From positions 7,306,213 through 7,370,212 of the forward strand of contig OZ234493.1 of the NCBI GenBank assembly GCA_965153455.1: DNA of 64,000 nt, in the 5' to 3' direction. The notes below the pieces were generated by a model. The model did not search any database and had not been told where the DNA came from. It worked only from the letters and a program-made list of their open reading frames with translations. Below are positions 52,401 to 64,000 of the stretch, piece by piece (the first letter of the stretch is position 1; each line of letters starts with the position of its first letter). The position numbers and the translations under genes are program-made. This DNA is from Sphagnum compactum. Lineage: Eukaryota.

Positions 52401-55229
52401 GTTTTTATTGTCTTGTGATAAGTTTAAATCATCACTTCGAAAGTTCTTCAAACATACACGTCTCTTCACATGCACCAAAACCTACCTATGAATCCTTGAT
52501 GTGCTTATTGTAGAAGACCTTTCATCTCAAAAGATGGTGCTTGATGTATGTTATAAGAAAATTTGAATCAAAATTTGCAACAAAAAAATTCATCAATATA
52601 CCACAAACAAAACACATTTAACACTTGCTAAGAATGAAAATAATATGCACTTTAGAAATAATCAACTCACAACCATAATAACATCTTATTCGTAAAACTC
52701 AAAGTTTAGTTAGTGGTGTAGATCATCACTTCAAAAGTTCTTCCAAAAGTCATGTCCATTCACTTGCACCAAAACAATGATTTACTCAATTATTCAAACC
52801 AAATTTCCTTATAAAACATCGATAATTCAAAGTACAACATTATGATAGAAATTTCAACATGTTCAATGTTTGATTATGAAAACTCAATTTTTTTTCACAA
52901 ACCATATAAATCCATTTCTATTTTTTAAAAGAGCTACAATAAGCATAGGATGTTTTTCTTAATGTTCAAGAAATACATCACAAAACATGCACATTTCTAA
53001 ATAATTATACCTTGCAATAATACCTATTCACAATTTGTTTGTACACTATGTAGATCTTTTACATTACAATAGTATGTAGCAATAGTACTTGCTTTACAAT
53101 GTTTATTCTTGAGTGATAGGAGCTTTAACCAATTCCCTTTGTAAACTTTTATACCAATATATATGTGTTTAGTTGCTAATTTGGATTATTGGTAATTTAA
53201 TGTATGTGGTGTACACATGTCTCCATGTTGGACAATTTACTCATGCTACAATACTTAAGTTGTAGTGTATTTTTAGAAAAAGATGTCAAACATTATGTAC
53301 AACATATTAAAGAGGTTAACAAGTAGTAGTTGTCATCTTGTAAATAATCAACAATTTCCAACCTAAATAAGTAACTGTACATCTCATCAATTTCATTAAT
53401 ACTTTGTTTTAATGAAAAGACTATCCAAAATTTTAACCTAACAAAACCCATTTTGAAGAGGCAAAAAGAGACGTACACAAAACATACAAGGAAGAAAAAA
53501 AGTTAGAAAGGAAGGCATGGTAGATTGATCATCACAAGAAGAAATTAGTGACAAGTTCTAGTGCTTTTGTTGTACATAAAGTTATTTCAGAATCGCCAAA
53601 TTTTGTATTTGAGTCTTGATCAAGTGATGAGAAGGAAGATTTAATGCCGTGAACAATTTTGTGTGACAAGGCTTGCTTCCAAACCCAATACAAAACTCTT
53701 GAAAGCATTTGTTAACCTGGAAATTGGTTGTAATTTATAATCTGATCTTTTTTATTTCTTCAATTTCATGTTTTTTACATGTTTAAAAGTTTTATACATT
53801 GAACTTTTATTTTCAAAAAGTGACTAAGAGATAGCTTAGGATTTTGGTCATTTTTTATTTTCAAAAGTTGCAAAATTTAGGGAATTTTAATCATCTTCAA
53901 GAAATGTTTTTAATTGGTTGCAAGACATAACAATGAATATGTCTATAATTAGCTTTTTCATGTATTGAATTTGTTATTTTTGGCATTCTAATACATATTA
54001 TTTATTTGTAATACCTTACAATCTTCTGTTGTGAATGATATTACTAGTAGTACTTTGATTTGTACAATTTTCTTAAAATCATCACAATACATGATCAATA
54101 ATTTAATGTTTCTTTAGTTAGGGGTTTCAATTAACTTCTACTCAATTGATTACTTCTCTTTGTGTGTTCAGTATGACATCTATATTGTCATAATTAGAAA
54201 TCAAGGTTAACTTTGCATAAGTTCTTGAGATCAAATAGTGTTTATAAAAACACTTGCATAATTCAAATTTGGCTTCCTTTCTTGTTAAAGTGAAGCATAC
54301 ATAGATAGTTCATGCATCTCATTATTTCTCATGCTTAGACCTTTGCTTATGAATGGGTAAACCAAAAATGAATTCATAACTACCTTGTGGTGACTTGCAA
54401 AAGCTGGACCTTTTGTTATCATCCAATATGTATGTGAAATAAATGAAAATTGTGAAAAGACACAAAAGGTATGGAATAAATTAAAAAAAAGAAAAACACA
54501 ATGAGGATATGAAGCAAAAATAGATCACAAAAAACAAGAAAATTACAAAGGAAATAAAAAGACGATAAACGAATGTGGAATAAATGAAAGATTAATGGTA
54601 AATAAAAATGAAAACAAGAAAAGAAAAAGAAAAAGATGAAAAATATTCTAAAAATACAATAAGTGGAGAAAAAATGAAACAACAATGAATATAAATGAAA
54701 GTGTGAAGTAAAAAATAAATAAAAAAGGCAAAAAAATAACCCAAAAAATAAAAAGTTCATAAATGAAAATAGGAAAAATAAAATGATAATGAATACAAAT
54801 GAAAATATGAAACAAGAAATAAATAACAAAGGCTAAAAAATACCCAAAAAAAAAGAATAATAAATAAATGTAGATGTCAAAATTATATCAAGAAAAAACA
54901 TCTAAATGAAGATGATGACAAAAAGACAATTAAAATGATCATAATGATAATGTTGAAATGCATCAAATACAAAAAGGAAAAAAAATTACCCAAAAAATAA
55001 AGAAACAATAAATACACATCCAAATCATGATAATAATAATACATATAATGATGATAATGATAAAATATACCATGATAATTGTTTTGATGATAAAAAATAA
55101 TATTAATAATGATAAAGTAGATTTTGATAATGATAATAATGATGATGATAAACTACATAACATATTTATGCCATACATTAATGAAAATGTCAGTAAAATA
55201 TGTTTCAATTTTTTTGATAAATACATGTG

Positions 55230-58200
55230 AAATAAAACATTTTCGAAATGTAATTTTTTGTTTGTGTGGTCAAAATAAAATTAACAAAAATATTAAGAAA
55301 TGTAAAATTGAAAAAAATCCAAATTCAAATCTTGGAAATCTTTATTACTATTGAATATTTCTCAACATGTCAACCACGGTGAAACTAAGGTTCCTGAACA
55401 ATTATATGAAGATACACAGCATATTTACCCAAAATTAAAATGTTTACTTCTATGTAAAATAGGGATGTTAAATTTAGAAAAAACTTTTAATATTTGTAAA
55501 CCATGTAATTTTAGTATTAAAAAAGGTAAACTACCAATTTTTTCTTTAACTAATAGTATGTGGATTGGGAAAGTACCTACATTTCTACCTAAATTGACTA
55601 TTGTCAAAGAAGCTTTAATTGCACAATCTCGTTGTTGTGTTATTTTTATAAAACTTCGATATGCAAACAACACAATTATTGGGCAACAAACATTAAAAAA
55701 GAAATCTTGTTAGTTTTCTCAAGACCCAATACTTAAAGTTGAATTGATTAAAAGTGCTAGTGATTATGACAATGATATTGAAATATGTATTAACACATCC
55801 AATGAAAACAATGTAAAATAAAGAATTTGATTTCAAATCAAATCAAACATTTAGCACTAAATATCTTGTGTGTCATACAAGTAAACAAAAAGATGTATAT
55901 GACATATCAAAGTTATTTATGTCCATGCATGAAAATGATATGCATGATCATACAAATGAACAACATTATGGAATAATCAAAATTTTAAAAGCCTTTAATC
56001 TAGAAAATAGTATCAAGGCATTCAAATATCTACATAAGAATTATTTGAACATAGAAGTTTAATCAACCAATAATAATTTGAATGATTTTTCCAATGGGAC
56101 TAATAATACATGTGAGAAATTTATTTATTTATTTATTTATTTTAATGAACGAAAGGATGAAAATGTTCTTTTTGACATGATAGCTAATATTCATAATATT
56201 CTTTCACCAATATTAACCAATACTCAAAACTCAATTTGAACTAAAGTGCTTCTTATGTTCAATTTGAATTATTTGCAAATTAAAACATTTGATGAGTTCA
56301 TAATTGACCACCTATCTAAAATTCTTCAAGGAAAATAAATAAATAGATTATATATATATATGTATATATATATATATAGGCAATGTTGCTGGAATTGGAA
56401 AAAATCAAATTATCAAAGCTATAATTGAATATTTTTAAAAACGAAATTTACATGACATGTTAAGAGTTTTAGCTTTCATTGCAGGTGTAGCTTTGTTAAT
56501 AGGTGAACTTACAATACATTCTTGGATAGGTTTATCAATTGATTGAAATGTTGACTCTTGAAATCTAAAAAAATAAAAGGATGATTGGTCAAAAATTCAT
56601 ATTTGATTATTGATGATGTTTCAATGGTGGGTTGTACTATGTTAGCAGATATACATTTTAAATTTAAAAAGTTAAAATCTTCACCACTTCAACCTTTTGG
56701 TGGATTAAATATTATTTTTTAGGAGACTATATGCAATTTCCACCTATAAATGACACACCTTTGTATATAACCAATAGTAAACCTACATTGTTTTTCACAA
56801 AACAAACACAAAAGAAAATTATTGGCAAAAGTGTATGGGAGAATCATGTAACGCCAAAGACGAATATTTTGACACAACAAATGCAACAAAATAACAACAT
56901 TCAATATGCTCAATTATTCAATAATTTACATGAAAATAAAATCATTAAAAATGATTTTTCATTGCTTAAATCTTGATTTTTGTCAAAATTACAATTTAAT
57001 TTGTTTAAACACCCTTGGAATGAGATTACACACATTTTTATTCAAAATGAATTGACAGACATGATTAACCATCACATGATTGAATATAATTCACACAGAG
57101 AAAGTCGTATATGTTATATAATTGTTGTGGAAGATACATATAAAAACAAACCTTTATGTGAAGACATACAATTCAACATAAGACAATGTGTTTCAAGCTC
57201 AACTCTAATAATTTGTATTCATTCGTAAAGTTATATAAAGGCATGAAAGTCATGCTCATTGAAATTTTATATCCTAAATTTGGACTCGTTAATGGGACAA
57301 TAGGCATCGTTTATGAAATTGTGATAGATGATTCTGTAAAAAAAATAGAAGTTCAACTTTCATAGAACTTCTTTTTATATGTAATTGAAGATTTCAACAC
57401 ATTCATTAGTAAACATTCTAATTTAAGGGACATAAATCTCAATGGTTTTCTCAAAAACATCATTCCTATAATCCCTATTTCTCGAAGCTTCAATTATCAA
57501 TATGATATGGATGGACCTAAAGATATTATAAAAAATTATATTAAACATGAACAAATTCCATTAAATCCAACCTTTTGCTTAATAGATTAAAAAGGACAAG
57601 GCCAAACATTTGATAAACTTATTGTTGATTTATATAAACCACCATACCACATGGCATTAAATATGCACAACATGTATGCCATTTTTTCTCGTTTATGAAG
57701 GGCTTGTAATCTTACAAGATATTCAACTTGAAGATATTCAAAACATTACTTTTTGAAAAAGTGCCATGAAATACATGTTGCCACAAATTACTTTTGAAAA
57801 AAAATTAAAATCATCCATGACTCCACAACCAAATCCAATGGAATCAAACACATTCAAAACACATCCCCCAAATATTTAAAAAACTAATTTCCATGCAAAG
57901 AAAAAGGAAAAACATTATTCAACATTTGTACAACTAAATAATGAAAATCAATATTGGCATGAAGACTTATTGTTATTTGAAGATGATGAAAATACACTTA
58001 TAAACAATACATCATGGTTAGGGTCACAACACATGGATGTTACAATGAAAATATTATATGAAACAAAATTACAACATCAAGGATATGAATTTCATCAATA
58101 TTCACTATATTGAATGGAAGTAAGAATTTTGAAAAAAAATGCCTCCAATATCTCCATATGAATATGAACCATTGGATTTTAGCATCCTTAGACCCTATAA

Positions 58201-58400
58201 ACACACATACACTATGTATTTTGTATGATTCAGAAACTCCTTATGATAGAATAATTTGTGAAAATACAACATTGAAAATAAGTAAATTGTTAAATATTGA
58301 TAATTTAAATTACATCTATGCAACAACTTGATCAATCATCATGTGGTCTATTTGTTATTGATTATCTATTAGCATTGCATTTAATCTTAATGTAGAATAA
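55230..58400 (+). mobile_element. Degraded autonomous Helitron coding region: DUF6570-like domain, PIF1-family helicase, Ulp1/C48-like cysteine protease
   Basis: DUF6570-like CKPCNFSIKKGKLPIFSLTNSMWIGKVPTFLPKLTIVKEALIA..IKLRY. Helicase motifs IGNVAGIGKNQIIKAI (Walker A), LIIDDVSMVG, PFGGLNIIFLGDYMQFPPI, LVNGTIG, QIPLNPTFCLID*KGQGQTFDKLIVDL and YAIFSRL. Protease-like WLGSQHMD..NHWIL..LYDS..Q..SSCGLF. Many stops and frameshifts. Confidence 0.85.
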
Positions 58401-59660
58401 TCAAAGTATGCGTGCGATCTCTAAAATGAAACAAGATTTGAAAAATCGCTTGAATGCCAAATACATAACTCCTTTTTCAAAATATGACATATTGAAAATA
58501 TTGTTTTACAAAAAAAACATTGAAAGCACTCTTTTCACCACAAAAATGTAAGCCTTTAGTTTTCTTGCTTTAGTTTTTTTTTTGAAGTTCAATATTCTTT
58601 GTAGACTTTCATGATAATTTATTTAGAAACTCATTTTTAGGAACCTTACCATAGTCTTAAGTCTCGAAAGGATTAACATTGTGTATAGTTTTTTCACCCT
58701 AAATAGGTAACCCAATACAAAAAAAAGGCTTGGGCAAAAAAAAAGTTGGTGTTCAACTTGATAGGCATGGTGCAATTAGATGTGTAAAAAGTTGAACCAT
58801 TGTAATCTCACACAACTAAATTCTCTTCACAATTTTTATTTATTTTTTATAACTCCTATTTTTAAAAAAAAGGGTTGAACATTTTTTCATCCTTATACTA
58901 TTGTTGTTTTTTACATGTTGCACTCACTAATTATGTGATTAATTTTGCAAATGAATCAATATTTTGAAACTAGTGTGCCCAACAATCAGGTCGTCGAGAT
59001 CAACCAACCATCACATTGGGAACTTACTTGGACGAGAAAGTGGATGAGATTGAGTAAAAATGAGATTGAGTACTTTGTTCCTATGCTTTAGAACTTTTTT
59101 TTTGGCAAGATTTTTGCGATATATATGTTGGTGGTGTTCACCCAATGTTGGGGTATTTGTTTGAGTTTTTAAAGTAAAAAATGTTATAAGATGTAAAAGA
59201 CAAGACCTCTTGGGGTTTGACCTCAAGACCTTATCAAGGTCAAGTTTCCATATTTGTTTAACATTCCTATGAAGTCCCCAATCTAATAACATGTTGTGAA
59301 AAAAAGAATTATATTGTTATTTGGAGCCTTTTGGTTCAATGTCTTTTTGTTCCCAATGGCTATTACTTGCACTAAACCAATTAGGGTTTCAAACCCATGA
59401 GGTAACTCCCATAACCATGGTCAAGTAGTCGTGGACCAATTAGGTTGTAGGAAATGTGATTACTTTAATCACATACAAGGAACTTTTTGAATTCCTTTTT
59501 TTATATTCTACATACACTCCTCTCATTACCATTGTTTTGACATGTTATATATTCTTAATGTCATTATACATCTTTCCGTCCTTCCTTCCCCCTCTATCCA
59601 TATCTTATTTAAAATTCAATAATGAAAAAATTTGGATAGAATGAATGAGAATGCGTAAAT

Positions 59661-59687
59661 TGGTTGTGCGTAGCACATGGAGCCCTA
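59661..59687 (+). mobile_element. Helitron 3' terminus downstream of the helicase relic
   Basis: TGTGCGTAGCACA hairpin followed by TGGAGCC CTAG|T. Confidence 0.75.
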
Positions 59688-60363
59688 GTAAAAAAATAGC
59701 GATAAATAAGATTTATCTAAATTATTAAAATTAAGAAAATTCAACCAAAATAAAATCAGAGTCCAAATGTGGCAAAAACATTTATTTATTGATAGTGGTA
59801 TCTAAAGGAACACTTCTTGAATGTCAATTTTTTTTTTTTGGGGCACATAGGCAAATTCTATCCTGCACTTTGGGGCAGAAATTGGGCATCTCATGAAATG
59901 TTTTCATCTTGGGTGAAAGTGAATTGGGCAGCTTAAATATTTCTCCTTGCTGAAAAATGGGTTTTAGACATGAGTAGTGTTTGGGGGCCTGGGCCCCTCA
60001 TTTACCTTTTTTTTAATGTATTTTAAACTTTTTAGTGGATTTTAGTGTACTAATATAGGGAGGTTGTTGAATAGGCTTGTGTGTAGGTGTGTAGAAAAAT
60101 GTTTTGGCCAATAAAAATTGCTGATTTGGTGGTCTGAATTATTTTTTCCTTTAGTTGTCTTAAGTGGACTAAGAGTTAAATGTGTAAATAGGGTTTGCTA
60201 AATTTGAGAGAATTTTTAAAGGACCAATGGATATGTTAGAAATGGACTATTATTATTTCCAATGTTCAAACAAAATAGGGTTGTGCGTAGGCACGAAGTT
60301 TCAATTTTCCCTGGCCAATAGAGTTATCAGGAAAGTCACGCGATTAGGGGGCGAGCGAGAACG

Positions 60364-60605
60364 GCCAGTTTCAAACATGTAACTGGGAATGAAAATTTTA
60401 CAAAACGAAAATAACTAGGACCCAAACTACATAGTTTTTCCACCCATTTTGGTGGTAAACCGAGTTTCATCCTGTGTATCCTTTTTGCCAGTTTCAAACA
60501 TGTAACTGGGAATGAAAATTTTACAAAACGAAATAACTAGGACCCAAACTAGTTTTTCCACCCATTTTGGTGGTAAACCGAGTTTCATCCTGTGTTTCCT
60601 TTTTT
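60364..60605. repeat. Near-perfect ~120 bp tandem duplication
   Basis: GCCAGTTTCAAACATGTAACTGGG..GAGTTTCATCCTGTGT(A/T)TCCTTTTT x2. Confidence 0.95.
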
Positions 60606-61759
60606 CCTAAACGCCTCCACTGCTACCACATATAGTTAGTTTCACTGCTCCTGCCTGTACAACTACTATAATTAATTACTGTGGAGCCCTTGTACATTAA
60701 ATGCTGAGTTTCAGCAGTTCATTCATTCTGAGATTTAATAAAAGTTCCTTCCTGTGCATGCAGGTACCACTGAGAGAGGGGATAGCGGGGGTGAAAGCAG
60801 GCCCAAAGGACACCTTATCTCTTTAAAGGATAACTTTAACAGGGTTCTTGAATTTGATGGTCTGAATCTGTTTTCATTAGTTATCTTGAGTGAATTAATG
60901 GTTCAAAGTGGAATGACTATTTTTTTATAGATAGGGTTTTAACACAATAATTGTGCACTATATTTATTTATTTATTAAAATTTTTCATTCTCCACATCCC
61001 CTACCCACCTTTTTTTCTTTTTGGCTGTATGAATTGGCTGAGATTATTTTTTAAATAAAATAACTTAAAGAACAAATGCAGAACATAGAAATGAGGGGCA
61101 AAAAAACATTATAAAAATGAGAGAGGTTTAACTTCTAATTCATTTCCATGTCTTCAGCTCACCCACTATCCAATCACAATGAATTTGGCCAAATGAATAC
61201 AATCGGTTTTTGAGGTAATGTAAGTCACAATTGTTAACCTATTTTGTACTACTTTGTGACCTACTTTGTATTAGTAATAGTAATTTAACCTTAGTTTAGG
61301 TTAAATAATAAATGGCGTTGTTATTATTAACATCAATAAGTATGTTAATGGCAAGTATTGTCACTCTTTCTTTCATGAGAGATGGTGGGTTTGAAATTGG
61401 TGTGGGATAACAAAACATGCGTAGCATTTTTTTAAAAACAAATCAAAATCATGACATTTTTCTATGTAAAAAAACCACACAAGACATAAAAAGACAAAGG
61501 ATGGACATTATAAAAGCTTATTAGGGGTATTTAGCATCTCATGGTATGTCGCATAGGACTTCTCGGTAAATTGCTTAAGGACCTATTTAAGGTCACACTA
61601 TTACTAATACACCCAAGTGTTAAGGCTCCACTGGCCCTTATCCCTGGTAAAGCCCGACAGCCTTAGGCTTTTACCCTACTCTTTAACCAATCTTCAACCT
61701 AAGGTTATGTGTAAGTATGTCAAACTCACATCCCAAATGGGACATGTTAGGTTTTTATT

Positions 61760-62232
61760 GGCCTTGCCTAAGTAGGCAAGGATATTGTATTTAGATTCAT
61801 TATAGAGTATAGTAGCTTAACGGATTTTTATAGGCCCCTATGTAATAATAATAGGTCTATTTTTATATGAGAATTTTTGAAAGATGATATTTTGGTTTGT
61901 GTTGAAACTTGAGATTAGTTATAGAATTATGATATTTTGCCATTTACATTAAAAAATATCTTAAGGCAAAAGAAGAATTATGCAACCTCAAATATTTCAC
62001 CATGCAAAAACATAATCTTCAAAAAATTCTCTAAAAAGAAACCGAAATCTTTCAAGATATTATAACTCTATAATAACTTATCTCAAGTTTTAACACAAGC
62101 CAAAATGTCATAGTTCAAAAATCCTCATATAAAAATAGACCTCATTACCTAGGGGCCAAAATATCCCTTAAGCTACTATACTCTATAATGAATCTAAACA
62201 CAATATCCTTTTTTGCCTTGGTAGGCAAGGCC
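61760..62232. mobile_element. MITE with ~170 bp TIRs (GGCC termini, PIF/Harbinger-like)
   Basis: GGCCTTGCCTA..AGATTCATTATAGAGTATAGTAGCTTAA..GTGTTGAAACTTGAGAT is mirrored by ATCTCAAGTTTTAACAC..TTAAGCTACTATACTCTATAATGAATCT..TAGGCAAGGCC. The sister copy at 25678 is preceded by TTA. Confidence 0.85.
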
Positions 62233-62382
62233 AAAAAAAGGGCAATGTAGCTGATACAACACTATGCCTCCTAAGCATCTAGGGTAGACCTTTTGACTAC
62301 AAAGTAAGACACTTAAACATATTTTTTGGAGTGTATTTGGAGGGCACCTTATATTCCTTAATATGGGTCTTTTTAAGATGGA

Positions 62383-62481
62383 TCTTACACCTACTCCCTA
62401 AGAGTGGGAGGGATGAACTTATGCCTACATCTATCTAGATGGAAGATCCCTCCAACTAACTCTCAAGGAGTAGGTGTAAGA
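62383..62481. repeat. ~100 bp hairpin / mini-MITE
   Basis: Perfect 15-bp IR TCTTACACCTACTCC / GGAGTAGGTGTAAGA with inner GGAGGGAT / ATCCCTCC. Confidence 0.8.
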
Positions 62482-62510
62482 ACCTTATGCAAAATCAAAA
62501 GTTAGGTTTT

Positions 62511-62576
62511 GTGGAGCTACTCATTCATACAAGTGGGAATATGATATCGTATTCCCACTTGTATGAGTAGCTCCAC
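62511..62576. repeat. Near-perfect 66 bp palindrome
   Basis: GTGGAGCTACTCAT(TCAT)ACAAGTGGGAATATGAT|ATCGTATTCCCACTTGTATGAGTAGCTCCAC. Confidence 0.9.
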
Positions 62577-63663
62577 CCGTACCCGACATTTGGCCCAACA
62601 ATATTTCTCACATCCTTAAATAATTTTTACTTATTTATTTTACTCCAAACCCCACCCCTAAACGTGAACCCATGATAGTAAAAGGTTGGAACTTTCTAGT
62701 AACGAATCATCTAGACCATTCAATATATCTAACGGATCAAGAGTAATTGAGAATACATGTTGTGACTTTTGCCAACCTCATGATATTGAATAAGAATCTT
62801 GAGCCACAATAATTTTATTGAGCTTGCCAAGATTTTTTAATAAAAAAATTCATCCAAAACATAATGTCCAATGTGCTTCTAGTGGTCTACTACTTCCATG
62901 TCTTCATCATGCTTTCTTAATAGCTTTAGACAAAGTTCTCAAGAGCCTTTTTTAGAGATGCTCTAACAATGCACAAGAGGTATTGCCCTAGTACCTTAAC
63001 AAACTCATGGGCAATTTCTATTTTTTTTGAAAATTGTTGATTTTTTGAAAATTTTAGTTCCCAAAGTGTTGAAAATTTGAAATTTCAAGTTGCATAATGT
63101 CGAACATTTTGGAAACCTAAGAGTTATATAAGTCATGGTCATTAGCATGTTTTTTCATTTATTCTTCTTTTGTCATGACAATTATTATATATGTTTCATT
63201 TGACCAATAATAAAACTTTTAACTTTGGTGGATAATTGGATATTATTGTTGGTGCAAATGTTTGGTGGATATCATTTTGTAAATATCAAAATCTGACACA
63301 AGATTTATTTAGGAAACACATTTCAATGAAAATAATCACTATTTAGAGCTTTCACCCATAGTCAATGTTATTAACTTTTTTGCATGCATCCTAATTCAAT
63401 CCATTGTATTTTGAAATCAATAGATGTGAACTAAAATGTGGAAAAAAAAAAAAAAAAAAACAAAGAACATAAAGGCAAATGCAAAACAAGTATCAAGAAA
63501 TGTAAATTCATTAATATTATGTATCAAAATGATTGAAATCTTCATTCATGCAAAATTGTTAAATATCTTTGAAATGTGTCAAAGATCTTGAAAGTTTTAT
63601 ACTAGATGCCAAAATCATACAAATAAATAAATAGACTCCAGTGTAGGTGTTGGTTGAAGGTTC

Positions 63664-63895
63664 ATCAAGGCATCATGATGTGGTTGGTCACCCTGGCCAT
63701 GTGATGTGAACAGACCATTTATGAATGAATGGGGAATGCTTTTTTAAAGGTAGCTGAATTTGGCTTAGGGTTAGGGTTAGGGTTAGGGGTTTAGGGTTAT
63801 CAAGGCATCATCATGATGTGGTTGGTTACCCTGGCCATGTGATGTGAACAGCCCATTTATGAATGGGGAATGCTTTTTAAAAGGTAGGTGAATTG
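63664..63895. repeat. ~97 bp tandem duplication separated by (TTAGGG)n telomere-like repeats
   Basis: ATCAAGGCATCATGATGTGG..AAAGGTAG.TGAATT x2 with TTAGGGTTAGGGTTAGGGTTAGGGGTTTAGGGTT between the copies. Confidence 0.95.
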
Positions 63896-64000
63896 GTGTT
63901 GACATGAAGTAGACATATACCTACCCTAGTTCACAACACATGGTAGAGTAGGTAGTAACTAGGGTAGGTAGTAACCTTTAACAGTATGCCATGTGAAAAG

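Noticed and set aside
50300-52600. Possible minus-strand coding relic (ORF 51989-52315)
   Set aside because: No family recognised and many stops.
54419-55230. Hydrophobic F/I-rich ORFs suggesting membrane proteins
   Set aside because: Artefacts of A-rich low-complexity sequence upstream of the Helitron relic.

Overview
AT-rich eukaryotic (land-plant) genomic DNA with spliceosomal introns. Repeat families and gene style suggest a moss such as Sphagnum, which is inference only. The left 25 kb holds two apparently intact minus-strand genes. One is a 3-exon, ~415-aa protein with the plant 'WDDS..EA..AK..PDLYID..IDWN' motif. The other is a 14-exon, ~931-aa fusion of a photolyase N-terminal domain and an alpha/beta-hydrolase (AT4G25290-like). 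It carries a clear U12-type intron and a ~250-bp hairpin-rich element duplicated in two adjacent introns. Between them lie a PLS-type PPR remnant and a multi-exon cinnamoyl-CoA-reductase-like pseudogene. The right 39 kb is a transposon graveyard: a pogo/DDE_1 transposase relic, non-autonomous Helitrons, a large degraded Helitron (DUF6570-like + PIF1 helicase + Ulp1-like protease, no visible Rep), foldback MITEs, and tandem duplications, several with telomere-like repeats at their junctions. No rRNA, tRNA or CRISPR array was found. All exon coordinates were derived by eye from splice signals and reading-frame phase.
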